Assembly: GCA_965371715.1 (NCBI GenBank)
Contig: CBDUZN010000003.1
Location: 1 to 35,967, forward strand
DNA: 35,967 nt
Origin: an uncultured bacterium
GTDB taxonomy: Bacteria > Hydrothermota > 32-111
Direction: 5' to 3'
The position numbers and the translations under genes were made by a program. Positions 1 to 9,646 of the stretch are shown one piece after another; position 1 is the stretch's first letter, and every line of letters starts with the position of its first letter. Below the pieces are notes generated by a model. That model was not told where the DNA came from and ran no database searches. It worked only from the letters and a program-made list of their open reading frames with translations.

Positions 1-2
1 AC

Positions 3-398
3 AATTGGTTTCTCAATTCAGATAAAATTTCTAAAATGAGAAAAATTTATAAGAAAAAAAAGAATTCTGTTTTACCACCCATTTTAATTTCTAAAATTCA
101 TGATGAATATTCAATCATAGATGGACATTCAAGAGCATTTGTTGCCTGGGAGAATGGGAAACAATTTATTAATGCAGAGATTCAAGACCTTGAATCAATA
201 GAGGGTAGTTCAATGTTATATAAATATATTCATGATAACTCTTCTTTAATGGGAATCAATAAAATAAGTGATCTGCAGGGAAAAATTCTTAATGAGGAAG
301 AGCATAAGGTAAAATGGTGTCAATTATGTACAAGCATGTTGAAATCACTGGAGAATGGGGAAAAACCTAATCTTGACAATGTTTTTAATAGAAAGTAA
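3..398 (+). CDS. ParB/sulfiredoxin N-terminal-like domain protein, probably 5'-truncated by window
   Basis: LPPILI...YSIIDGHSRA resembles the ParB/Srx IDGHxR motif; frame is open from base 3 (NWFLNSDKISK) into ATG 36. Confidence 0.55.
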   Translation, partial: NWFLNSDKISKMRKIYKKKKNSVLPPILISKIHDEYSIIDGHSRAFVAWENGKQFINAEIQDLESIEGSSMLYKYIHDNSSLMGINKISDLQGKILNEEEHKVKWCQLCTSMLKSLENGEKPNLDNVFNRK

Positions 399-493
399 AA
401 TAAAATCTTAAGAGTGAGAACTGCTGCTTATTAACAGGAAAAAATAGATAAACTGTTTATTTGTCAGAAAAAATTTAAAAAAGGAGTTTAATT

Positions 494-751
494 ATGATTA
501 AGAAAATACCCGATGAAATTATAGTAGCATTAATAACTGGAGTTTGTATAATTGCTCTTTCAGTTATATTGAAAAGAGTTCTTCATGTTGAAGTTGATTC
601 TTTAATAGTGAATAGTCCTGCTTTTTTATTTATAGGCTATATTATGATAAATGAAAAAACTAAGAAAAGTGCAAAAGGAAGCAAGCCTTTACTTTGGAGT
701 TTAGGGATAATTTTTATAACGGCACTTATTATATTAATAAACGCAATATAA
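494..751 (+). CDS. Small membrane protein (~3 TM)
   Basis: AAGGAG RBS upstream; three hydrophobic stretches. Confidence 0.7.
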   Translation: MIKKIPDEIIVALITGVCIIALSVILKRVLHVEVDSLIVNSPAFLFIGYIMINEKTKKSAKGSKPLLWSLGIIFITALIILINAI

Positions 752-806
752 TTTGTAAGGGGTAAGCGAATTTTTCATTTATCCCAAATCAAAAAGGTGT
801 GTTACT

Positions 807-1136
807 ATGAAAAAAATATTAATTGGCATAGAAGTTGGAGCAATTATTGGAGTAATTGATGTGATTCCAATGATTCTTCAAAATCTAACATGGGATGCAA
901 ACATTTCCGCATTCACAATGTGGATTGTAGCCGGGTTTTTTGTATCAACAAGTAATTTAAAATTAAATAGTGTAATTAAGGGAATCATTATATCATTTTT
1001 ATGTTTATTGCCTGTGGGAGTTATTATTGCATGGAGTGAACCAATATCTTTGATTCCAATATCTACTATGACACTTATTCTTGGAAGCATATTGGGCTTT
1101 TCAATCAATAAGCGTACTCTTAAATTAGTAAAATGA
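807..1136 (+). CDS. Small membrane protein (~4 TM)
   Basis: AAGGTG RBS; four hydrophobic Gly-rich segments. Confidence 0.75.
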   Translation: MKKILIGIEVGAIIGVIDVIPMILQNLTWDANISAFTMWIVAGFFVSTSNLKLNSVIKGIIISFLCLLPVGVIIAWSEPISLIPISTMTLILGSILGFSINKRTLKLVK

Positions 1137-1163
1137 AATTATTAAACCAAAAATTATTATTCC

Positions 1164-2159
1164 ATGCATAAAAAAATTAGGAAATTAGGATTTAAGGAAT
1201 GTAAATTTCATACAGGCATAGTTGAGATAAATTATATTGTTGGACCAAATAATGGTCCTGCACTTATTTTGATTCCGGGACAAAGTCTTTCCTTAGAAAG
1301 CTATTATAGGTCATTGCCATTACTAATGAAGAGATTTCATATTTTTGCAGTTGATGTTCGGGGACATGGGAAATCCGGATGGACACCCGGAGAATATACT
1401 TTCCCAAACATGGGAGAAGACATATCTATACTATTAACAAAAATCATTAAAAAACCTGCTTTTATTTCAGGCAATTCATCGGGTGGACTTATTGCTATGT
1501 GGGTGGCAGCGAATAGACCAGATTTTGTGTCCGGTATTATTCTTGAAGATGCACCTGTTTTTAGTGCGGAATGGCCACGATTAAAAGATGATTGCTATAT
1601 TTATAGATTATTTAAAAAAATATCACAAACCATTGGCTCCACAAAAGGTCGTGATTTAGCAGGATTTTTTAAAGGAATGGAAGTGCCATTTGAAGGAAAA
1701 CAGCATGTAATGAAATTTCCCAATTGGTTTACGGGGATTCTTGTATTAATTATTCATTTATATCAATATTTTAACCCTGATAAACCGGTGGACATTCCAC
1801 TTTTACCAGCAGTAATGAGATTGTGGGTAAAAAATCTCTCTATTTATGATCCTGAGTTTACAAATGCTTTTGTTGATGGTAGTGCTTGTAGGGGATTTGA
1901 TCATGAAGAAACATTAAAACGCATAAAATGTCCTATTTTACTTATGCATGCAAATTGGTTTAAACATCTGGAATTTGGTTTGGTTGGATCAATGGATGAT
2001 TCTGACATTGAACATATTCGTTCATTAATCCCGAATCTTCAATACAAAAGAATTACTTCCGGACATATGATTCATTTTGAAAATCCAAAGCAATTTACCA
2101 AAGAAGTTATTTCATTTACTAATACAATAAAGATTAATGATAAAGACAAAGGGACTTGA
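1164..2159 (+). CDS. Alpha/beta fold hydrolase
   Basis: LILIPGQ, DVRGHGKS, nucleophile elbow GNSSGG, C-terminal SGHMIH. Confidence 0.9.
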   Translation: MHKKIRKLGFKECKFHTGIVEINYIVGPNNGPALILIPGQSLSLESYYRSLPLLMKRFHIFAVDVRGHGKSGWTPGEYTFPNMGEDISILLTKIIKKPAFISGNSSGGLIAMWVAANRPDFVSGIILEDAPVFSAEWPRLKDDCYIYRLFKKISQTIGSTKGRDLAGFFKGMEVPFEGKQHVMKFPNWFTGILVLIIHLYQYFNPDKPVDIPLLPAVMRLWVKNLSIYDPEFTNAFVDGSACRGFDHEETLKRIKCPILLMHANWFKHLEFGLVGSMDDSDIEHIRSLIPNLQYKRITSGHMIHFENPKQFTKEVISFTNTIKINDKDKGT

Positions 2160-2190
2160 AAAAACTAACCAATTACAATATACTAACTGA

Positions 2191-3489
2191 ATGTTAATAA
2201 AAAAAGTATTTGAGCATTCAATAAAAATATTTCGCAAAGCATTGGCAGGGAAGGGTGCTGAATTTAAGTTTATACCTGCAAAACATATTGAAATGCCTCC
2301 ACTGAGAGAAACAAGCATATATGTTCATATCCCATTCTGTAAAAATCTATGTCCATATTGTCCATATAATAGAATTCCCTATGATTCCAATTTAATAAAG
2401 CCCTATGTGAATGCATTAATAAAGGAAATAGAAAGCTATAGCATGGTTTATAAAAACACAAATATTACATCTGTATATTTTGGAGGAGGAACACCAACTA
2501 TTATAGGAGATGAGCTTATTCGGATTACAGATGCAATAAGAAAAAACTATAAAACAGTAGGTGATTTTTGTATTGAAACAAATCCCAATGATATATCTGA
2601 AAAAACAATAGATGTGTTAAATAATTGTGATTTCAATTCAATTAGCATTGGAGTACAAAGTTTTAATGAAAAATTACTACAAAGTATAGGCAGAAAATAC
2701 AATGAGAAAGATATTCATAGTGCAATTACTCTTGCTCAAAAAAATCATTTTGACACAATTAATATAGATTTACTATTTGCCCTTCCCGGACAAACAACAG
2801 AGGATTTGGCAGATGATATAAGGAGAGTCCTTGAATATTCTCCGGATCAAGTAACCTATTATCCATTATTTACATTTCCATATTCGGAAATATCAGAATA
2901 CAAACAAATAAAATATGTTAAATCTCCATCAATTTTCAAAAGAAGAAAAATGTATTATCAATTATATGATACCTTTAAAAACAATGGGTATTCCAAGTGC
3001 TCGGTTTGGTCATTCAAAAAGGATAATAATGGAAGTAAGTATTCTTCTGTTACAAGGGAAAGATATTTGGGATTTGGGGCAAGTGCAGGTTCATATTTTG
3101 AAACACATTTTACACTTAATACCTTTAATGTTCCTGAATACATTTCATCAATAAAATCAAAAGGTAATGCTGTAAGTTTAACAATGAATTTCACTAAACA
3201 ATTATCCATACTTTATGATTTTTACTGGCGGCTCTATGATACGGTAATTCCTATAAATAGAAAACTTGAATTTTCTTCATATTCCATAAAAAGGAATATG
3301 AAATTGTTAATAATAATTCAAATCCTAAAATTACTAAAATGGGTGAAGAAAGAAAATAAGGAATACATATTAACCAAAAAGGGTTGTTTGTGGGTTCATT
3401 TTATTCAGAATATGTTTTCATTAAATGCAATAAATACAGTATGGTCAGCAGGGAAAAAACATGCATGGCCCAAAGAAATAAAATTTTGA
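2191..3489 (+). CDS. HemN/coproporphyrinogen III oxidase-like radical SAM protein
   Basis: YVHIPFCKNLCPYC (CxxxCxxC), YFGGGTPT, SIGVQSF, INIDLLFALPGQT, YLGFGASA. Confidence 0.9.
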   Translation: MLIKKVFEHSIKIFRKALAGKGAEFKFIPAKHIEMPPLRETSIYVHIPFCKNLCPYCPYNRIPYDSNLIKPYVNALIKEIESYSMVYKNTNITSVYFGGGTPTIIGDELIRITDAIRKNYKTVGDFCIETNPNDISEKTIDVLNNCDFNSISIGVQSFNEKLLQSIGRKYNEKDIHSAITLAQKNHFDTINIDLLFALPGQTTEDLADDIRRVLEYSPDQVTYYPLFTFPYSEISEYKQIKYVKSPSIFKRRKMYYQLYDTFKNNGYSKCSVWSFKKDNNGSKYSSVTRERYLGFGASAGSYFETHFTLNTFNVPEYISSIKSKGNAVSLTMNFTKQLSILYDFYWRLYDTVIPINRKLEFSSYSIKRNMKLLIIIQILKLLKWVKKENKEYILTKKGCLWVHFIQNMFSLNAINTVWSAGKKHAWPKEIKF

Positions 3490-3500
3490 TTTCTGATTTT

Positions 3501-3529
3501 TTGACTTAAATTAGATTTGAAAATATAAT
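3501..3529 (+). promoter_or_regulatory. sigma70-type promoter
   Basis: TTGACT-N17-TATAAT, followed by AAGGAG RBS and ATG 3566. Confidence 0.6.
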
Positions 3530-3565
3530 ATTAAGAAATTGTAAGAATAATAGATAAGGAGAAAA

Positions 3566-3941
3566 ATGATACGAATAAATATAACAGAGAGGAGATAAGT
3601 CAGAAGTTACTATAATCAGAAATACTGATATTCTAACACTTCAAAGTGCATTTCCTCCTATACAATATTTTCCATTATTTACTAGAGATAATCCAACTGC
3701 ATTTGCAGAAGCATCATTTATAGGGAATGAATTTAATATTAATACTGTTAATGTAAAAGCAATTAATATATATATTGATCCAAGATATGTAAATCTCAAT
3801 CAACCCATTATTGTTAATATTAATGGAGAGAAAAAATATGAATCTCTAGTAAAACCTGATATTAATTTCATGCTTAATAATCTATATGAAAATAATGATA
3901 GAAAACACATATATGTAAATAGGATAACTATAAAGTTCTAA
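3566..3941 (+). pseudogene. Gene remnant: C-terminal fragment of a probable PDZ-containing hydrolase-type protein
   Basis: Open frame 3585-3941 with no upstream start (QRGDKSEVTIIRNTDILTL...NQPIIVNINGEKKYESLVKPDINFMLNNLYENNDRKHIYVNRITIKF*); the RBS-ATG at 3566 is in another frame and stops after 10 codons. Family assignment from recalled similarity. Confidence 0.55.
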
Positions 3942-3983
3942 TAATAGACTTATAAAGTATTAACTTATTATATAATATATAGA

Positions 3984-4137
3984 GTCGGGGGTTGACATTT
4001 TGACATATTTATTAACAAAAAACCGCCTTTTTTCATTGAATTTGTGTAAAAACCACTATATATAGATAAACATTGAGTAATATACACAATTATTGTGTAT
4101 ATTAGGTCAAAAAAATGTCAAAAAGTCAAGCCCCGGC
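3984..4137. mobile_element. MITE-like element with 23-bp imperfect terminal inverted repeats
   Basis: GTCGGGGGTTGACATTTTGACAT (3984-4006) matches the reverse complement of 4115-4137 (GCCGGGGCTTGACTTTTTGACAT) at 20/23; extra GGGGGTTGACA at 4141; no ORF inside. Confidence 0.55.
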
Positions 4138-4315
4138 CTTGGGGGTTGACAATAGGTTGACAATAAGATGAATATTGATTAGATTAGGTTTTTCATTTTC
4201 TGATTCTGACTTTATCCCTTGATAAATTATTTAAATGATGTACAATTTAATTATGGTATATGACAAATTAATAAAACAATTTAAATATATATTATCCCAA
4301 AAACAATAAGAAGGA

Positions 4316-7300
4316 GTGGAGATGAGAATTTCAAAGAAAGGAATTATTATAATATTAGCAATCACAGTTTTGGCGGTTTTGGCTTTACTTATTTTTCTAA
4401 GTTTACTAAGTGAACCGGAAAAGGATAGTGGAGCAATTCGTGTTTTTGCAAGACCAACAGGTAGTTTGAATTATGGTCCCTCAACAATGAGATTCACATT
4501 TTCTGGTATGTTTATTGGAGAAAGGGGATTAAAGATATCATCGGATTCAATTTCTGAATATATTGAAATAAAACCATATATTAAAGCAGAGGGTGTCTGG
4601 ATTACGGAAAAGAAATTTCAATTAGATTTCAAATCAATAATTGAACCGGGGAAAAAATATAATGTATCTGTAAAAAGAATTCCCCTTCCCTATGATAGCA
4701 TTTACATTAAATCATCACAATTTAGTTTTATTACCCCTGAATTTGAACCATTACGGGTTGTAGTTAAAAATATAAGAAATAATAAAGCTACAATAATAGT
4801 AGGATTCAATTATAATGTAATTCCGAATATAATAAAAAAACATATTGTAATTAAGGATTCCAATAATAAAACAATTAAAATAACCGATATATCCTATAAT
4901 ACTACAAATAACAAAAAAGAAGTATCCATTAAATTCCCTACTGTAAAAAAAGGCAGCGAATATACAATTCTATTTAAAAAAGGATTAACGACTGCACAGG
5001 AATTTGCTTTAAAAAAAGACAAAACAATGAAATTTATAATTGCCTTTAGCAATAAGCCCATTAATTTGTATATTAATAAAATTGAAGAAAGTGGTGATGA
5101 ATATATGGCAAAAATTAAGGTAACAACTGTAAATAATAAACATGTAAAAATTCGTGAAGAAGATATATCAAATTATTTTTCAGTGTCTCCTGAAATTCCA
5201 ATAAAAATTTCTGCATCTAATGGGTATATAAGTGTTTTTGGTAATTTTTCACCGGAAGAAGAATATGAATTAACGGTATCAGCAGGGTTAAAAGGAATAA
5301 ATGGTGAAATGCTTGAAAAGGATTATATTCTCAATATTAATGCTCCTCCAAAAAAATCTCAACTCAGTTTTTTATACAATGGAAAATATTTCGGCAAACA
5401 AGGTGGATTACAGGTACCATTAAAGGTTTATGGCATTGATACATTAAACATCAAAATATCATATATGCCTGTGAGAAATGTTGTTTTGTGGTATTCAGTT
5501 AATAATGGAAGCAGGCATTCGGCATATCGATATATGGAAAATATTGTTGTTAATCATAAGAAGATTGTTGAGAAAGACGGACCTTTATGGATTGATCTAA
5601 GAGAAATTGCAGAAATTTCACAATATGGCATCTATTTTATTGAGGTAAGGGGTAAATCAAAAGAAGGGAGATGGTTTAGCGATGTTATGGATCTTACAAT
5701 ATCGGATATGTCCATTGTTTCCAAATGGAGCAAAGACAATATAAATATATGGGTTGTAAACAATACCTCTTTAAAACCAGAAGCAAATGTAGAAATAGAG
5801 GCATGGAGTAGAAATAATTTCCCTATTGGCACATCAACAACCAATCAGAATGGTTATTGCACTATTCCCATTGAAAAAAAGAATAGACAGGCATATGTTC
5901 TCTTTGCAAAAAAGGATAATGACTGGACATTTTTAAATCTATCACAGGCTAGAACTCATAAAGAGACATACAATATTTCGGGAGATATAAAACAAAGCGA
6001 TTATATTGCCTATTTTTATCCTGAAAGGGATATATATAGACCAGGTGAAACAATACATTTTTCAGTTCTTACCAGAAATACAGAAACATATAATGGAATT
6101 TCATTACCTTTAACAATTCAAATCAGAGATCCCAAAGGCAAGAAATATGTAATGCTTACAGGGAACACTAATGATAATGGACTTGCTGTATTTGATTTAT
6201 CAACAACAGTGTCTGCCAATACCGGCAAATACGCAGTTCAAATTTCAACTGGAGATAAAAATATATATACTGGATTTATATTTATTGAAACATTTGCTCC
6301 TGAAAGAATGCGATTAAAAATAACATTACCGGATGAATTAAATATAAATGATAAATTTTCTTTTGATATTGATGCAATGTATCTATTTGGTGCTCCTGCT
6401 TCCGGAGAAGAATTGAAGGTGAAAATGAAATGTGAAGAAACACCATTTAAAAGTAGTGGAACATATAATTTGTATACATTTGGTTCTCAAAGAATGAAAG
6501 ATGAAAAGAAGCCCGTAATTAATAAGAATTTTGGCAATTATACTTTGAACAAAGATGGGCATATAACAATAAAATATAAAGCACAGGAGAAAATGGATTT
6601 TTATCTTCCTGTTAAAATCATGATATATGCAGATGTTAGTGAAGGAAAGAGTGGAAGGGTAACAAAAAAGGTAATTGAAAAAATTTCGTATACTCATCCA
6701 TTCTATATTGGATTAAAACCAAAAACAACATATACAAGCAGAGATAAAGAAATACCTGTTAATGGTGTTTTAGTTACACCTCAAAATAAATTATATGGAG
6801 AAGAAACCACACTAACATATAGGGTTTATCAGATTGAATATTCATATTCATATGAGTATTATGATGATTTCTACTGGAGAAGACTGTGTGAAAAAATACC
6901 AGTAACTCCAGAAAAAAAGATAACTGTTAATGATGGTAAATTTACAGTAATTGTTCCACCAAATAGTAGCTATCGCGATCTATTAGTAGAGGTATGCGAT
7001 GAAAATGGTGGTAAATCCCAGATTACTATTTCCGGATGGGGTTGGTGGTATTCAAGAAATAATAATCAGATCCCGCCTCCGGATGTTCTAAATTTAAGAA
7101 TAAATAATGAAAATGTTGAACCAAATGAAACTGTTAAGGTGGAGGCATTACTTCCATTTGAAGGAAAAATTTTATGGACAATTGAATTAGATAATGTTCT
7201 TATTCATGAATGGAAAGATGCAAATGGTGAAAAAGCAGAATGGGAATTCAAAGTTCCTAAGAATGTTCCTAATATATATGTAACAGCACTTTTGGTAAGA

Positions 7301-9646
7301 TCAAATGAAAATTATCTTGTATCAAGGGCATTTGGTATTGAAAGATTAAGGATTAGACCATCAAAAATGGAATTACCAATAGAAATAGAAGCGCCTGAAC
7401 TTGCAAAACCGGGTGAAAAAATAAAAATCAAATTAAGTTCATCGGAACAATTTGATGCAACAATAGCAATTGTGGATGAAGGCATTCTGCAATTAACGGA
7501 TTTTATTACGCCGGATCCATATAATAATATTCTTAGAGATAGAAGATTAACAATAGATATGGCTGAGGGTTTTGGATGGATTGTAAGAAAATATCTTTCC
7601 AGAACAGGAGGCGGTTATGCAAGCAAAGAGAGTTCCTATCAGGAAGCAAGGTTTACGCGACTTGTATCATATTGGAGTGGAATTATTCATTCCAATAAAA
7701 AGGGGAAAGCGGAATTTGAAATAAAATTACCTCAATTTTCAGGGAGATTACGCATAATGGCAGTGGGTGTTAATAATAAGAAAATGGGTAGTTCTGAAAA
7801 AGATATTATTGTTAAAAGCGATGTTGTAATTTCACCAACAATTCCAAGATTTTTATACTATAATGATAAATTTGAAATACCTATTAGTTTGGTGAATACA
7901 ACAAAATCATCAAAAACAGTTTCCCTAAATGCTTCATTAACATCTATTTCTCCAACAACATGGAAAAATAAAGTAACAATTAAAAGTGAAGAAACAAAGG
8001 TTGTATATATAAAGGGAAAAGTTAAAGATGATTCACATAGAGCAAAATTTCTTATTTCAGCAAAAACAGGGAATGAGATGTATAGGGATACATTTGAAAT
8101 ACCTTTGTATCCGGATAGTCCATTTATAACAGAAGTAACAAGTATCAAAATTGAAAATAATAATGAAACAAATTTGAAAAAGTATTTTGATAATTGGTTT
8201 GATATTGCTCATTCGGCACAAATTTATATATCTACAATACCTGGTCTTAATAAACTGCACTATGCCAGATATGGGATTCATTATCCCTATGGTTGTATTG
8301 AACAAACATCAACATCAACTATTCTTTTATTAAGAATATCAAAATTGCTTCCAATAATTGCACCTAATATAACAATGGAAACATATAGGGATATGGTTAG
8401 AGTTGGCATAAGTAAAATACTATCAATGCAAAATATTTCAGGTGGCTTTTCCTATTGGCCTGGCTCAATAAGACCATCGGAATGGAATTCTATTTATGCC
8501 ACATTTGTTCTTTTGGAGGCAAGGGATGCTGGCTTTGTTGTATCAGAGACATGTTTAAATGCTGCATTAACATACATTTCCTCAATAGCCAGTAACAATA
8601 TTTTTGCATACTATGTATTGGCAAAAGGGGGAAGATTTAATGGCTATTCAAGCAAAATAGAGGAATTGGCAAGAAATTATAAACACAAAAAATATAATAG
8701 AGTGCAACTTCTTTGGATAGCAGGAACATTATATGAATGCGGTAAAAGCAGAGAGGCATCTGAAGCACTGTACAAGGCATTGGAAATGAATATTGAGAAA
8801 GGAAGAAAAATGTCAGGTAGTTTTTATAGTGAGATCAAGGGAAAGGCATTATCTCTATATATGATTGAGCAGATATCACCTGATATTCCTGAAGCGGATG
8901 AATTATTAAGTGAATTATCAAGTTTTCTTTCAAACAAAAGACGGAGATACTATACAACACAGGAAATTGCATGGTCAACATTGGCTATTGGATTATACAT
9001 AGATAAACATTCATTAAAAGAAGATATTGATTGTGATTTTATTATTAATGGAAAGAAGACAGAATTAAATAAATCAAAGGGCTTATTAACTCTATTTTTT
9101 AATAATGCTCCTGGCAAAAAGAATATTAAACTTAAAACAGATACATATCCGCTGTATCTTGATATTGTTAATACGGGATTTTCAAAGAGTAATAAAAAAT
9201 TTACCTCAATAAGTAATGGAATGAATTTGCGGAGAAAAATATATTCATATTCAGGGAGTCCCATTTCAACAGCAAAACAAGGGGATTTGTTGATTATGGA
9301 AATAATTGTTGAATCAGCAAAGAATCATTATTTGGAGAATGTTGCTTTTGAAATTCTTATTCCTGCAGGTATTGAAATTGAGAATCCACGATTAACAGGT
9401 GCTGCTCTACCAGCATGGACACAAAAAGAAAAAAACAATAAAATATGGAGTCCTGATTATTTGGATATAAGGGATGAAAAAATAATGCTTTTTGGTAATT
9501 TAAACAGAAAATATCATTATTATATTCTTTTAAGAGCAGTAACCCCGGGACAGTTTTTCTTTCCTCAGGCAAAGGGCATTGTTATGTATAATCCTGAAAT
9601 AAATGTAAATACGCTTGTTGATACATTTAATGTATTTAAAAAATAA
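4316..9646 (+). CDS. Bacterial alpha-2-macroglobulin (MG2-domain protein)
   Basis: N-terminal TM anchor, ERDIYRPGETIHF, AIVDEGILQLT, thioester YPYGCIEQTST, C-terminal LRAVTPGQF; followed by pbpC. Confidence 0.95.
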   Translation: MEMRISKKGIIIILAITVLAVLALLIFLSLLSEPEKDSGAIRVFARPTGSLNYGPSTMRFTFSGMFIGERGLKISSDSISEYIEIKPYIKAEGVWITEKKFQLDFKSIIEPGKKYNVSVKRIPLPYDSIYIKSSQFSFITPEFEPLRVVVKNIRNNKATIIVGFNYNVIPNIIKKHIVIKDSNNKTIKITDISYNTTNNKKEVSIKFPTVKKGSEYTILFKKGLTTAQEFALKKDKTMKFIIAFSNKPINLYINKIEESGDEYMAKIKVTTVNNKHVKIREEDISNYFSVSPEIPIKISASNGYISVFGNFSPEEEYELTVSAGLKGINGEMLEKDYILNINAPPKKSQLSFLYNGKYFGKQGGLQVPLKVYGIDTLNIKISYMPVRNVVLWYSVNNGSRHSAYRYMENIVVNHKKIVEKDGPLWIDLREIAEISQYGIYFIEVRGKSKEGRWFSDVMDLTISDMSIVSKWSKDNINIWVVNNTSLKPEANVEIEAWSRNNFPIGTSTTNQNGYCTIPIEKKNRQAYVLFAKKDNDWTFLNLSQARTHKETYNISGDIKQSDYIAYFYPERDIYRPGETIHFSVLTRNTETYNGISLPLTIQIRDPKGKKYVMLTGNTNDNGLAVFDLSTTVSANTGKYAVQISTGDKNIYTGFIFIETFAPERMRLKITLPDELNINDKFSFDIDAMYLFGAPASGEELKVKMKCEETPFKSSGTYNLYTFGSQRMKDEKKPVINKNFGNYTLNKDGHITIKYKAQEKMDFYLPVKIMIYADVSEGKSGRVTKKVIEKISYTHPFYIGLKPKTTYTSRDKEIPVNGVLVTPQNKLYGEETTLTYRVYQIEYSYSYEYYDDFYWRRLCEKIPVTPEKKITVNDGKFTVIVPPNSSYRDLLVEVCDENGGKSQITISGWGWWYSRNNNQIPPPDVLNLRINNENVEPNETVKVEALLPFEGKILWTIELDNVLIHEWKDANGEKAEWEFKVPKNVPNIYVTALLVRSNENYLVSRAFGIERLRIRPSKMELPIEIEAPELAKPGEKIKIKLSSSEQFDATIAIVDEGILQLTDFITPDPYNNILRDRRLTIDMAEGFGWIVRKYLSRTGGGYASKESSYQEARFTRLVSYWSGIIHSNKKGKAEFEIKLPQFSGRLRIMAVGVNNKKMGSSEKDIIVKSDVVISPTIPRFLYYNDKFEIPISLVNTTKSSKTVSLNASLTSISPTTWKNKVTIKSEETKVVYIKGKVKDDSHRAKFLISAKTGNEMYRDTFEIPLYPDSPFITEVTSIKIENNNETNLKKYFDNWFDIAHSAQIYISTIPGLNKLHYARYGIHYPYGCIEQTSTSTILLLRISKLLPIIAPNITMETYRDMVRVGISKILSMQNISGGFSYWPGSIRPSEWNSIYATFVLLEARDAGFVVSETCLNAALTYISSIASNNIFAYYVLAKGGRFNGYSSKIEELARNYKHKKYNRVQLLWIAGTLYECGKSREASEALYKALEMNIEKGRKMSGSFYSEIKGKALSLYMIEQISPDIPEADELLSELSSFLSNKRRRYYTTQEIAWSTLAIGLYIDKHSLKEDIDCDFIINGKKTELNKSKGLLTLFFNNAPGKKNIKLKTDTYPLYLDIVNTGFSKSNKKFTSISNGMNLRRKIYSYSGSPISTAKQGDLLIMEIIVESAKNHYLENVAFEILIPAGIEIENPRLTGAALPAWTQKEKNNKIWSPDYLDIRDEKIMLFGNLNRKYHYYILLRAVTPGQFFFPQAKGIVMYNPEINVNTLVDTFNVFKK

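Noticed and set aside
4052-4067. NrdR-box-like ACCACTATATATAGAT
   Set aside because: Single imperfect match in AT-rich DNA; the nearby palindrome has the wrong spacing; no ribonucleotide reductase gene nearby
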